The notes under the pieces are model-generated. The model was not told the DNA's origin. It saw only the letters and a list, made by a program, of their open reading frames with translations, and did no database searches. From Phoronis australis (lineage: Eukaryota; Animalia; Phoronida), in assembly GCA_002633005.1 (NCBI GenBank), contig NMRA01000179.1, forward strand, positions 515,797 through 579,796: 64,000 bases of DNA. The letters run 5' to 3'. This document shows, piece after piece, positions 1 to 12,647 of the stretch (the stretch's first letter is position 1; every line of letters starts with the position of its first letter). A program made the translations under genes and the position numbers.

Positions 1-727
1 CAATAGCCGTTCTAACTAAATGAAAGAGTACGTTAACGTGAATTCACATAATTTAACAATTTCATTATTTGCTTGGTGTTGCACACTGTATACTCGTTTA
101 CATCATACCACATGTAATGTCGAGCTACTTTTTAGTTAGTTTTTTGTCAAAGTGTATTTACTGAAAAAGTACGTTTTCGTTGGTTCTTCGCACACTCCCA
201 AAAAGCTTGTCATGAATCCCCCATTCACTGAAGAGCAGAAGAGACGATTACATTATGTAGGTAACGGCATTTGTAACCTATGATTCGATTTAGTCAAGCT
301 GTTATTTTTTGTTTTTAGCTTTCAAATTTGCCATTTCGACACTTAATAGCTAAAAGGGGAGAAGCCAGCTCAGTTCACGGCCCGACTCGTTGGTCATGCA
401 AGTCAGCGCTTGTTCTATGTTCAGATGGACTCGAGCTTTGAGTATACTCATGCTGTTTCAAGGGGTTGAGGGTCATGGGGCGAGGGGGTCGAAGGGCCGA
501 GAGGGTTGTGGGTCGAAGAAGTTGTGGGGGTCGAACAATCATTTTCCCACTGCTTGCGCCCAGCATTATGTAGAGTTCAATATTTTCTCCCTGAATTTGA
601 CGTAGCCTTCAGCGTAGAACGTGAGCTCAGTAATATGGGGGGAGAAAACAAAATATTAAGGACGTAAACTTCACATGGAAAATTGTTTGTTCATCGTCAT
701 TAAGTGTGAAGTGATAGGACCACTTAC

Positions 728-777
728 CTAATTTCTTGGATTTCAACTGAATGCCCGTCGGTGAGAACTTTACTCAG
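728..777 (-). CDS. Exon 22: SEA-like domain, second part
   Basis: LSKVLTDGHSVEIQEI(R/S); strong TTTTTAG acceptor and GTAAGT donor; 50 nt, phase 0-2, in phase with exon 21. Confidence 0.68.
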
Positions 778-952
778 CTAAAAATGCAAACCAAATGCTC
801 AATTAATAAACCCTTGTGCAAAGAGTACCCACGAAAATAACATGCCAACATACTTAAAAGAGAGCACACGCGACCGCTGCAGCAGTTCTATTTCATGTAG
901 AAATCGTGCATATGCAGTTAGTGCAAGTTGGAATAGACACCAACAGACTTAC

Positions 953-1071
953 CTCCAAATTAAACCTTGACGAAAATTCTTGATACACTTTAGTCGAACG
1001 ATTGAGCAGTCCCTCTACGCAGGTCCCCTGTATTCTCATTTCTCCTTGAAGTGTGAACGTTAGCTTCGGTG
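953..1071 (-). CDS. Exon 21: SEA-like domain, first part (not in the ORF track)
   Basis: APKLTFTLQGEMRIQGTCVEGLLNRSTKVYQEFSSRFNLE resembles the SEA N-terminal GxxRI...LxxxSSxxF/Y pattern; TTTTAAG / GTAAGT; 119 nt, phase 1-0. Confidence 0.7.
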
Positions 1072-1951
1072 CTTAAAATAAAAAGCAGCGATCTGTCAGA
1101 GTGAGAATTGAAAAAAATTAATTGTTTTATATTACAGAAAAATAGACATGGATTGCGTTACACGGCTCCATAACGTTGCACTGAATGCAACGACAGACCT
1201 TTGGTGGTTATTTAAAGGGCCACAGTCATCGAAGTGTGGACTAAATATTTCACAGCAAGCATTGCACTGTGATCATGCACATATTGCAAAAATCGACGAC
1301 AAGGTGATCGAAAAATGTCACAACTGGAGAAAGAAACATTGTTTGCATTAAGCTTTGAAAGACCAGGCAGAAAGCCTCTCCCTGAGCCGAGTCATCGAAG
1401 TAGAGGTTACTAAGATCAATACATCGCATTTTAAAATCATCTTGGCAACTTTACAGCAAACGACACTGCATGTACTTACCGATGAAGTGTCACTAGAAAA
1501 ACTGAAGATTAAATACATTTGAAGACACATAGTCACATGCATGAGAGCAATGATATAAGTGAGACTAGTGTCATCCATGGGATTAATTACCAAGGAATTA
1601 AACTGTTCGGAGATAGGGGTCGTCCAAATGATCCTTCAACGAATTAGAAAGTACCAGAAAACATGAAATTCGTGCACTGTAACAATTTGGCGCCCAAGCA
1701 CTTGAGCGAAAGAAGCGTAATGTTTGAATGAAGCACAATTTGGCAAGTAACACGCCGCAGCTATGCACAGCTCAATGATTATGGCTATAGGGCAAAGTGT
1801 TATCGTTGGATGATTTCAAATTACTTTTTCCCCAAAACAATACATCTCGTGACGTGCCACTTGCCGATTATCTTAAACTACATGTAACTGTTTGTAAGGC
1901 ACGAACTCTACTGTACATTCTTTATACACTGCAGTTTCGAACGGTGTTTAC

Positions 1952-2239
1952 CTTCATTACAAGAAAATTCAGCAGCAACACGCAATGTTGATCCTTTACA
2001 TAAAGAATTGTCAGGAACGTCAACAGAGTCCACCGGGATGACACATAAAGTTTTGGAATCACAGTTTCGTTTTAAGTAGCCGGTCACGTTGACGCTGCAT
2101 GTAGAGGAACTGGTGGTTGAGTTGCTCAAAGAAATATGTGTGGCTTTATTGACTGATATTAACCCGTCAACTTCCACAGGAGATTCACTTGAACAGTTGA
2201 GGACCAACATGGCGTTCTGGTGCGCCTCTGTTCTACGTC
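1952..2239 (-). CDS. Exon 20: divergent SUEL/Gal-lectin-like domain 5
   Basis: LVLNC...TCSVNVTGYLKRNCDSKTLCVIPV...AAEFSC; CTCACAG / GTAAAC; 288 nt. Confidence 0.85.
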
Positions 2240-2347
2240 CTGTGAGCAGAAATGGTAAGATAATGTACACTGTCACATTGTTCATCTATTACAAAGTAAT
2301 TATTTGATTAAGAATTGACGTCTACAATAATGGTTCAAGACACTTAC

Positions 2348-2518
2348 TGCACACTGGAAGGTCGAACCATTCGGCTTGAGAAACGTTGCATGTGATTATT
2401 TCCGAACCCATCAGATGATATTTATCTATGCACTTGACTTCGATACTCTGTCCGTGCAACAGAGGCTCTGTCCAGTTCACCAAACCATTTTCTACCACTG
2501 GGACTTCACACGTCTTTT
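2348..2518 (-). CDS. Exon 19: Sushi/CCP domain 10
   Basis: TCEVPVVENG...HGQSIEVKCIDKYHLMGSEIITC...WFDLPVC; CTAG / GTAAGT; 171 nt. Confidence 0.9.
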
Positions 2519-3736
2519 CTAGTTTCAGATAGAAACAATGAGCACAAGGTTTTAATGTGATCAATGGGTGATTCGGGGCAAAGTACACTACATATGTATG
2601 TCGAATTAGTAACCTAGGAATAATCTACAATTTTAAGTAAAGTAACTCTCAAATTCACACTCTCTTAATATGGAGGGCTAATAAGCTGAAATACACTGTA
2701 TGCACCGTTAACAAAGCGTTTACGCATTTCATCAGACATCAACAGTCCCTGGCTTGATGGAAGTTTTGTAAGAAACGGACAGCCATGACTAGAGAACCTG
2801 AAGTGACGTTTTTTTTTGAAAATTAAGGATGTTTAAAAGCTTGTGAACTGGTAACTTGGCCATGATCACCAGTTTTGGGTAGTCATATCTGGCGTAAGCA
2901 ACCATTCTTAAGGCAGTCCAGTTAAATGTACCCTTCCTTGTAACGTACATGTAACTGGGGAAGTTGCCAAGATTCAGTGGTAGATTAATAACTGTATAGT
3001 AAGCTGCACAAACCTAATGGCAATGGAATCCTGGACTTAAACCACCTGTAGCAAACAGTGTTTGTTTTACCAAAAATATATCACAGCCATTAGAAGTATT
3101 ATGAAAAAGTGAAACCCATTTTCTTAGCAACTCATGGACAAAATGTGGACATAGCTTTTTGAACAATGTAAAACATGCGTGTAGCTTATGAACGAACCGA
3201 AAGGTTTGTAGTTGGTTAGCTAAAGCATGTACCAGTACAAACGAGTAAATCCAAAGATTCTAAATTGCAAATAAAACTGACAACTACTTCTTTAGCAACG
3301 TACGCGTTGAATCTGTCGAGGGAAATACGGCCATGTAACAATGTTTTCCGTATTCACCTCCCGCACTACTTGAACAGTGACCTCTGACAATGGAGGTTCA
3401 AAAAGTAGGTCAATGTCGACTCGCCGTCGTTAGCCGGTTAGATCATCAAACTTTCGGAAAATAGCTTAAAAATACAATTTTAGCAGTGTAAATACCACTC
3501 AACATGCAACCGTAGCATCTGGAACAGGACTGTTTTAACAGTCCATAGTATTCCTCGTATCGACCTCGACCTAGCTAGGGTCTCAGTCGATACGCGGAAT
3601 AATGTCTCATGGGATATTACTTCATGTACGCCACTCTCTTTACGTTTTATGTATATGTTTACTAAGTTAGAAATGACATCTTCTGCAAACGTGTTCTTGC
3701 AGTAATCGGGCATCTTCCGACATATGCAGTTTAGTT

Positions 3737-3830
3737 ACTAGCGATATCAGTCATTTTGGTCACTAGCGATATCAGTCATTTAATACAATCGATATCAGTC
3801 ATTTTTTTACTAATTATATCAGTCATTTTA
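3737..3830. repeat. Short tandem repeat, 4 copies of a roughly 24-bp unit
   Basis: The core (ga)tatcagtcattt recurs four times. Confidence 0.8.
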
Positions 3831-4204
3831 GTGGCGAAAATTTGGGAATCAAATACTTTCGAAAGAAAAGACTTTTCCTACCTTCACAATACTCATATTT
3901 ACCACTGCTTTTTCTAAAGCTCGACATTCATTGTTCAAAACCGTTGGCTACTTAATTGGCACTTTATTTAAAAATTCTTAAATTATTAATTAGTTATAAC
4001 ATCGTGGTATTAATAAATTTAGTGCTTTGTTTTACAGGATTTTTCATGTCGTGCTCTTGACAAAAAGGTCCTGAGTTATTACATACCAACCTCCAGATTA
4101 TCACACTGGAAAGACGTTTCCGGCGATCATTACTCGGTACATCTCCAGGCAGTTCCCCGTTTGACGAGAATGCGACCTCAGACGTTGTGCTTGATTTACA
4201 GATG

Positions 4205-4413
4205 CATACACAGATACATGACATACACACCTACACACATACATACATACATACATACATACTTACATTCATACATAAATACATGTATATAAACGTATAC
4301 ATATGCATACATGTATGCATACATATAATAATAAAAAAATATCTTGTCTTTACATCAAAGTCGTGTTTTTAATGAAATATATATACGAGAAAGGTTACTG
4401 CCAAGTTATAGTG

Positions 4414-4445
<32 letters not shown>

Positions 4446-4460
4446 TATTTATTTATTTAT
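4205..4460. repeat. (ACAT)n, (TA)n and (TTTA)n microsatellites
   Basis: Seen directly. Confidence 0.9.
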
Positions 4461-5290
4461 ACAAAAGCTATGTGAGTGCAAAGTCACGGTTAAAGCAAAC
4501 GACACATCAATCATACTAAGCCAAAGCCAAAACAGTCACTGGGAACATTTTGTGGCTGTCAAGCTCAAAAGTGCAACTAACAAAGTTTAACTTTAAGTTG
4601 CGATTATCCTCTTTTAAGTTGTCTTGTCACAATGGCGTAGCTAAGCAAGTTATTTAAGGTGATTAAGTAAACACCATTTTCATAGCAAGATCACCTACAG
4701 GGGTTAGATAGATGTGGATATTTGCTTTAATTAATAATTATTTAAAATGGTACGCTTAATTCCAAACAAATTCTGCTACAAATTCCCAAATCCTTGATTT
4801 AGTTCAACTTTCAAGTATTCTTTATTCATTCAAAATTAACAAAGGTGACGCAGTCAGTAAAAGTTTCCTAAGCAGTCACTCACATTCAATTCATTTCTTT
4901 CACTATGATTTTTCTTAGGAATTGTCAGTGAACGTATCTTGTCTGATTTCACTGCGTTAACAGTTGGTATTTTAGTCTCCCGTTGCTTAAGCACTTCAAA
5001 TAACGAACTGTAATGCCATGGTAAGAAGCGTCCATCTATAAATATTATGTCATGTAGATAACTTTGAGTGACACAATACGTTTTGACGAGCACAAGAACA
5101 AAAGGTCCTATTCATTAACAATTCCTTCTTAACTGTTTTTAGGTATTTCAAAACAAAATAGCAGGTACATGACGGAACTAGTTAATATCCATTAAAACTG
5201 GATGCAGTGCTTCTTTAGGTGTATGGCAACAAACGTAACTTGTACTCGTTTTTGCTAGACAAATACTTCCAGCAACAAAATGTACTTTAC

Positions 5291-5461
5291 CAGTGCAAAA
5301 GGGCGCATCGGTCCAGTTGCCTGTAGCCAGACAAGTTGCTTGTGAGCTACCGCTAAGTTGTAAGTTATCCGGGCAGGAGTAGTTTGCAACAGAAAGGTAA
5401 GTTACAGAGGTGTAATCAACGCGAGCGTTTTCTGGGTTTGGTGGACTTGCACATTCAATTG
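5291..5461 (-). CDS. Exon 18: Sushi/CCP domain 9 (type B)
   Basis: IECASPPNPENA...ANYSCPDNLQLSG...CLATGNWTDAPFC; TTTTAG / GTAAAG; 171 nt. Confidence 0.92.
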
Positions 5462-6391
5462 CTAAAACGAAAACGGCATCACATATCATATCATATTTTA
5501 AATTCAACGATAAGTCAGCATTATTGTCACGACTGTCCCATTACTGAAAACTTGTAAAATATTCGTATGAAAATGCAAACGGAAAAACACTAGCTACATG
5601 CATCAGTTCTTTGATGAAGTTTTTGATGATTTTTTTACATTACGCTTGTAAGTGCTCACACACTTACCACCTTCACACGAACCCAAAAACAGATATGAGT
5701 TACCAGACATGAACTGTCACAAGGGAACATACAAATGTCATACATTATCGTAACAAGAAAATTATTTTTGGCAACTTATAAAATTGAGTGAAAGTGTTAA
5801 GCTTTCTATTATGCAATTGTAGTTTTCGTAGATACGTACGCAACTTGAATAATTTCGGTTCTTCAAGTTTGCCAACATTATTAGTTGGCATTGCTTCAAT
5901 TAAATAAAGATCCGTTAACTAAAAGCTAACCGGAAAGACTGTGATTTTCTACTGCGGAAATTCGGAAAACCACGAAAACTTTGGTAACCTGAAACTTCCC
6001 ATGGGAGGTCAACGATATCTGCACATTTGTGAACTTTAGTCATATGTCATGTTGTGCAACTTCAAGGTGAAGAATGATTGGCCGTATGACTGAAGTTTGT
6101 TCATGCACATATACCTGTAGTGTTGAGGCTGCAAAATTTCCCAATGTGTTCTGGGTCCCATTCTAAAGTGTCTTCTATATGCACGTGTGCAAGTTTCAGG
6201 TATACGACCGATCATTTCACAGTTTCAACTTAATAGAACTGTCCGTATTACTAAGTTCGTACATGCAAAGATATTAAACACCTCGAATTTTATAGTGAGG
6301 AAAAAATGCAGACAGCAACGTCGGTAATGTGGCAAAAGCAAAAATACTGATCCATGGATTTGCAGGTTCTATCAAACGAAATTACATGTAC

Positions 6392-6583
6392 CTCTGCACT
6401 GGGGAAGAGTGGAGACCTCGCCTGTTACCATGCAGTATACGATTGAGGGACCATCTAATTCGTAACCAGTTTTGCACGTGATTAAACTTGACTCCCTATA
6501 GCCAAATGTCACTTCAGACGACGAATTGCTATTTCGAATCACTGGCAAGGAACAGTTAATTTTGGTGATATCGACTGCATGCT
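6392..6583 (-). CDS. Exon 17: Sushi/CCP domain 8 (type A, divergent)
   Basis: NCSLPVIRN...TCKTGYELDGPSIVYCMVTGEVSTLPQC (conserved Trp replaced by Val); TTTCAG / GTACAT; 192 nt. Confidence 0.88.
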
Positions 6584-7103
6584 CTGAAATAAAACCAATG
6601 GACTGAACAAGTTGATGAAAAAAACGCTTTTCAGCGAAAGTATGGAAGTGAGTTTCAGACACTTGAGTTTAAGCGACTGTTAATCAAAAATAACATATCT
6701 GCATAGTTACACGTACACAGTTTAAGTCAGTTCTTAAAATAAACATCAACCTGTGACGCCATGTTCATGTGTGGAATTATCGAGTTGTTTTCACAAGCTT
6801 AAAAGCTTTGCCCAAAGAGCATTCACAGTGAAGAAACAAGATAACTCATTGCTGAACAAAGACCTTGCTAACTAGCGGCAGTAACTGGAGGTTAACAATC
6901 GTCATGTTGGTGAGGATGGTGAAGAAAGTGATAGTGAATATGGTGACGAGTTTGGTTAATGTGACATTTCAAATGATTGAACGATAAAGAAGGGGATGAT
7001 AAGAGAGATGGCCACGAAGATGACTAATAAGGGGACGATAAAATGATGACCCGGATGATGACTGCGATGAAAATGACACGATGGCGATGAAGATGACAAA
7101 GAT

Positions 7104-8789
7104 GGGCAATTCTATTTTGACAGACGTACATGTATAATTAGAGAACATTGTGCCCAATCGTGAAAAAAGTTTTCATCCTTGGAAAATATTCAATGCATCA
7201 ATTGTTAGGTCCCACTGATAGCTTTCAATAAACTTTTCTCCTATCTTTTTATCTGACTTAGAAAACTGTCTTTACATGGGTGCGATAGACTTACGCAGAG
7301 AATTTGACTTTTTGAGAAAAAAGGTTTTAACGGTAATTTTCTGTGAGTTGCATGAAGTTACAATTTTTTAGTTTATATAGTGATTTGATGGAATGCTTTG
7401 TAGCGTACACCATACAATTTTTTTGTTGATATTTCCCAAGAAATTTTTGTTTTCAACTATTTCCTCTTTTGTATCTAGGTGCTGGTTCAATATCCTCGAA
7501 GCTCAGTAGAAAAAGATTTAATCTTTAAAAAAAGATTGCGAAATCAACGTTCATGTTTTGCCATTATGCAAAATGAGACGATGTAATCATTTGGTATTAA
7601 AGTATCTCATACAAGCCACCTAATACACTGCAAAACACAAGAGCTACAACATTCACCGAAGGTGTGACAAAAATGCTTAATGAAGTAGGTCACAAGTTGC
7701 TATCTCTTAAAAATGCCCAGGATCGTCCTTTTCAACGAAAAACATCACAGCTAGTCTGAGCAAAAATAGCTTGTTGATTCCAGCAGAACAGCAACTTGAC
7801 ATGAATTTGTTTAGGTCTCTTATTTTTAAATCTAGAGCACCCACGAAAAGCTCTTACGTGAATACTTTTTGCTTTAGAAATTTTCCCAAACCTAAGGATT
7901 TTTTACAAACATGGGGCACTAACACATAAACAATAAGTTCAGTAAATTAACATTTTCTTTCATTTACATTCCAGGATGTGGTCCAACTGTTTAATTGTAA
8001 CATGCTGAATTATCCTAAAAATAACTGTATGATACAGTTAAGTATAGCTTCTCAGTCCAATGCATCTAGTTTAAATCCGGAACAACTTCTGTATTTGATT
8101 TTATGGCTGTCTTTGTAATATTTAATCGTTTTAGGTTCTTAGGTGTGAGAGAAATTCCATCTCCTGCAAATTTGGAACTTAGAAATATGATCTAAGCTTA
8201 TTTTTATTGGCTGAAACAAGTAATTCTATGAGTGTGACGGACGTACGTAATGGACGTACAAATTTTCTGTACGTCCGTCACGCGATTTCTGACTTAACGA
8301 ATAATCATCGGGATCTAAAATTTTGTTCGATAGTATTGAGAAACAGGTAAAAATCTGAAATTATTTTTAATTTTAATTGAAAATGGTTGACGTGACGAAA
8401 CTTCTTTTAGCCCTATTTGTGACGGACGTACGGCACCATGATATCCACAAGTTGGCCTTTGACCCCAAGAGGTCGACGATGCGCGGCTGGTCAAATGATA
8501 TTCTTATAAAGTTCAGGCTTCATGTTCTTGCGCAACTTTGATACGATAGCTTAATACACGTAATTATCTGATTCATGACAATAATTATCAATACATATAA
8601 AAGTCGGGCCAATGCTTTATGGTTAAGTGACCTCCAAAATGGGTTCATTTAGGAAAAAATCGAACGCCATAGGAAATTCAAATATGAGCCCTGAAACTAG
8701 AGAGATTTGGGTTTCAAATGACATCAGAATTGTAATTAAGTCACAATTTTATTTTTTGTCTCTCAGTTGACCTTTTCACGGAATTGCCC
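7104..8789. mobile_element. Non-autonomous DNA transposon, Sola2-like
   Basis: Termini GGGCAATTC...GAATTGCCC flanked by a 4-bp duplication AGAT; it splits a degenerate (GAT)n tract. GRG ends with 4-bp TSDs fit Sola2. Confidence 0.65.
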
Positions 8790-8902
8790 AGATAGTTGTA
8801 ATGACGATAGTGGTGGCTATACGTGATGAGCACGACGACAACAGCAACGATCATAATGACTTGATGACGGCACTGTTGATGATGATTAAGATGTTAACGT
8901 AC

Positions 8903-9070
8903 CCAAGAGACATGTTCCTCTCAAATTATCAACGTCGTAATTATTCGTCACCGCACACCAAGGACCGTACACATCCTCGCCAATGTTTGTCAGTAAGCAC
9001 CTAGTCACGTTGGTGCCGTTGAAAATAAAAGGAAACACACAAGGCTCTTGACCATCGGTCATTATTGGTG
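8903..9070 (-). CDS. Exon 16: fibronectin type II domain
   Basis: PCVFPFIFNGTNVTRC...PWCAVTNNYDVDNLRGTC matches the FN2 CxFPFxxxG...WCxxTxNYD pattern; TATAG / GTACG; 168 nt, phase 1-1. Confidence 0.9.
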
Positions 9071-10818
9071 CTATAATAGAATGAAAGCAAAACAGCATTA
9101 ATCTGGGACTCATGGTATTTAATCTTATTCTAATTGTTGCAAAGGTTATGCAACAACATTTTTGCAATTTCGAAATCTAAGAGACTTCCCCTTCTTAAGT
9201 CAAAAAAGTTGTTTTTCTCAAAACGAAAAGTACATGCTTCCACAAAAAACGCAGCAGTAAAGATCATGTAGCTGCACATTGGAAGAAAAAGGTCAAGTCA
9301 GTTTAAGGGCTAGCACGGGCATATGTCTGTCGAAAATAACGACGTCTTTGATCCACCAACGATTGGTAGAACACACCAGTGTTACGCGCATTATGGGACA
9401 GAAAGGCACTCACTAGAATACGCTATAACCGCATGCACTAAAGTGACACTTAGTATAACGCGGCAGTAGCGCATCTCTGGTGCAGAGTCCGTGTAAAACG
9501 ATATGACATTCGTTGCTGGATAACTTCTTTCTACATTTCTCGTATTGCCTAAAATAAACTTTGAGTGCGGATCGCATCTGTGCAATAGCTCCAAGAGCGA
9601 CATCGTTAAAAGACTGAAAAAGACTGAATTTTACACCGCAATACTTCGAATGTATAGTGCATTCATCGAAGGCAAGATATAAAATGAGCAGTCTCACCTG
9701 CTGTGCCCTTTGTCTGGCTATATACGCCTATTGATGTTTGATCTTCTGCTCTAACATATAGTACCCTATTGCTTAATGTATGTTGTGAATGGTTTATGTT
9801 ATGACCTTTAGTATGATGATTCACGACTTACAGTACACGTAGCAAGGACCCATTTTATTATGAATAGTAAAGGGAGTAATTAACTCTGATAAATGATATA
9901 AACATAACAACGAACATACATATGTACAATATCAGATAAAGGCAATGTCGACTTGTTGCCAAGTTATCATGCGCTGCAGGTAGTCAAGCATCAATTGCTG
10001 GTACTTTTTATCCGTTTCACGATATGGCGATAAAGAAAAGACATTCGCTGATCTAGGAAGGTCTTTTATCTAATTTATAACCAAAACGGGCACTATTGCT
10101 AAAATTTGATGAACTACCCTCGCGATGAATCAGTGCACCCCATTGCTGGATACGGGAGATGCAACTTACATCTATACACACTTTACTAATCTTACGATTG
10201 CACTAATTACCACTCACCATATGCAAAGAACAGATAAAATTTGGACAATAGAAACTCAAATTTATCAAAAAATTGAGAACCAAAAACAATCAAACAAGAC
10301 AACGCTTTTGCGCTCACGGCGATATTTATTGATGTATTGTAATATTTAAAATGAGGGTGGCCTCTTCAGTTTAAGGACGCCGATATCAATGGGTTTTCAA
10401 GGACAACATGGTCGTCATTCAGGAATCGTTCCTTAAATGATGCACGAGGAACTTAGGTCACGGAGATAGACAGGAGTGGTCGACGAGGCCAAATGTTCTC
10501 AAAACAGCTTTAAGTTTAATAACAGAAACGAGCTAAACATTGTATTATATTACATTTTATTTGAGTTAGCGAATACAATTGTACTTTTAAGAAGGACTTT
10601 AAGAACCCTTAATTAGTTATAACGTGACGGCCTAACATGTCGTTCTTGAGTGTGATAACCTCCAAGAGTTCATTGGTTTCAGATTTACAAGAGGTGGCTA
10701 TAGGGAAGAATTTGGAAGAGGTGCGGACAAAAGCTCGGCGAAGTCAATGGAGTTCGTGTCCCCAATATTGTTTACCTGCTGGAAGACTTGGACATAACCA
10801 GTAAAGGCTTATACTTAC

Positions 10819-11121
10819 TGCACTTGTAGTGAACTTCGAGAGATGAACCAGTTGACACACACGTGCTGTTTAAAGCGTTACTGCTCGCTCTCACGGAACA
10901 CTGTGTCATATTTTGGCAAGCATCTTTAATGGCGTCGGTTGCGTCTGAGCTGCATGAGTTGTTGAAAAAAGTTTGCGTAGGGTTTTCGCAATGTGCAGTG
11001 TTGTTTCCTCCAAAGCGAGCACTGACAACGTCAATAAGCAAGTCATAATCACTGAGACCGACTTGAGAACATTTCATCGACATTAGTTCCCCTTGACAAG
11101 CATATCTTACTCGTGTCACAC
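10819..11121 (-). CDS. Exon 15: SUEL/Gal-lectin-like domain 4
   Basis: YACQGELMSMKC...IDVVSARFGG...CQNMTQCSVRAS...LEVHYKC; TTCCAG / GTAAGT; 303 nt. Confidence 0.92.
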
Positions 11122-11507
11122 CTGGAACGAGAAAGATTCTGTCAAGTGACCAGAATTGGTTGCCGTGGTCGAGCACACTTTAAAGGATATAATGTGACTT
11201 AAAACAGTATTAGGTACCAAGAGCTTAAAACAGCATGGCAGGTTGTCAGCATCGAAAATAATCATTGGCATAGGGCAAAAATTAAATTGATGCAGCAGAG
11301 AGTACTGAAGAGATGTATGCATCAAATTAAGCACACGAGGCGCTTAGGCTGAAACTGGTGAATCGAAGGTGTTTGCGTTAAGCCCACCGCTAACATAACA
11401 AATGCTTCAATTCTATGAGGCTAACTTTTCAGAATTCATATCAACATCAATGTTGAATAATGCACGAGTCGAACTCGTGACGAAGCTTGAAGAAGCCATG
11501 TACATAC

Positions 11508-11681
11508 ACTGTGGCAGTTGGTCTGTACTCCATTTACCCGAGGCAAGACACGTGGAGGAGCCGTTCTCGTACTTGAAACCGGCGCCACATGAATAGCCAA
11601 CCGTACTGCCGTAAGTCGTGACATTATGCCCAGAAATCAGGTTTAAATTCGAACGAGAAGGCGGCTGTTGGCAGTCAGTCA
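11508..11681 (-). CDS. Exon 14: Sushi/CCP domain 7 (type B)
   Basis: TDCQQPP...TTYGSTVGYSCGAGF...CLASGKWSTDQLPQ(C); last Cys split T|GT; TTTTAG / GTATGT; 174 nt. Confidence 0.92.
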
Positions 11682-12052
11682 CTAAAATACATCGCAAAGC
11701 AGGATATCATCGTTTCCTAGTACAGGTATCACCCAGTAGGTTTAGCGTCACTTCTTCAAAAATATGGCGAGTTTATTCATGCTTTTATTACAAGCACACT
11801 GCAATGTAATGGGGTGAAGGCAAATGTACCCCTTTAATATTACTAGAGGTGACCATCATATGTATTCAAACAAGACCAAACCATCTATTCTAATAATATG
11901 TGCAATACACGATACGCGCTTTTGTAACATCGAATTAATTTATTACACACTCATAATCAACAATTTGAACATCAAACTCCCATTTCTGGCGACATTATTA
12001 GTTATTAACATGCGTCTCAGCTCTATTCACTGTCCCGACATAAAATACTTAC

Positions 12053-12223
12053 TTTGACACAGGGGACTTTCGGACCAAGTCCCATTTGCGGTGCACACTA
12101 ACTCGGCGCCTGTAGGTGTATAACCTTCCAGGCAAGCATAATTAACCTTTGACCCAAATGCCGTGGTATTAGTGGCAGTAGTATTGGCGTACGGCATCGC
12201 TGGAACTTGACCACAATCGAGAA
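12053..12223 (-). CDS. Exon 13: Sushi/CCP domain 6 (type B)
   Basis: LDCGQVP...TAFGSKVNYACLEGY...CTANGTWSESPLC; CTTCAG / GTAAGT; 171 nt. Confidence 0.92.
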
Positions 12224-12455
12224 CTGAAGAAACAAAGATTTTAAGGATCATAATTTCATACCATACATGTAACATCATCAAGACAGTATCCATATTTGCA
12301 AATATGCATCTGTGGTTTAAAAGAACAAGTGAAACTAATATCAGTGTGGTATTCTCGAATCTTTGCTGTGACCTCAACCATAATCTATAAATTTGCAAGA
12401 CAATGCGGTTGTTGGAAAAGCAGAGGAAACATTTGTCATATGGTGCCAGACTTAC

Positions 12456-12647
12456 TGTCGCACGTGGGCAAGGTAGACCAGTTACCAGTGATCTCGCAGC
12501 TGCCAAATGGAAGGCCACGAAGCTTGTACCCAGGATCACACGATACGCCTACTTGGTGCCGATAACTAGCGAAGCTTTCGTTAGTGTCCAGTTTACTGTT
12601 TGGTATGGTCGGCATGGGACACTGTATATCAGATGTGTCGTTAACGG
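12456..12647 (-). CDS. Exon 12: Sushi/CCP domain 5 (type A)
   Basis: IQCPMPTIPN...SCDPGYKLRG...CEITGNWSTLPTC; donor GTAAGT; AAG acceptor chosen for phase 1; 192 nt. Confidence 0.88.

Noticed and set aside
160-227. Strong pyrimidine-rich acceptor near 228 as the next SEA exon
   Set aside because: The phase-2 translation (SEWGIHDKLFGSVRR) does not place GSV where SEA requires it; unresolved without transcripts.
1480-1492. 13-nt micro-exon candidate (TTTTTCTAG...GTAAGT)
   Set aside because: It is phase 1-2 and would break the frame into the phase-1 SEA exon; exon 20 splices in frame directly to 1071.
9391-9697. Cys-containing minus-strand ORFs between SUEL 4 and FN2
   Set aside because: No domain pattern or matching splice-site pair; the flanking exons already join in phase.
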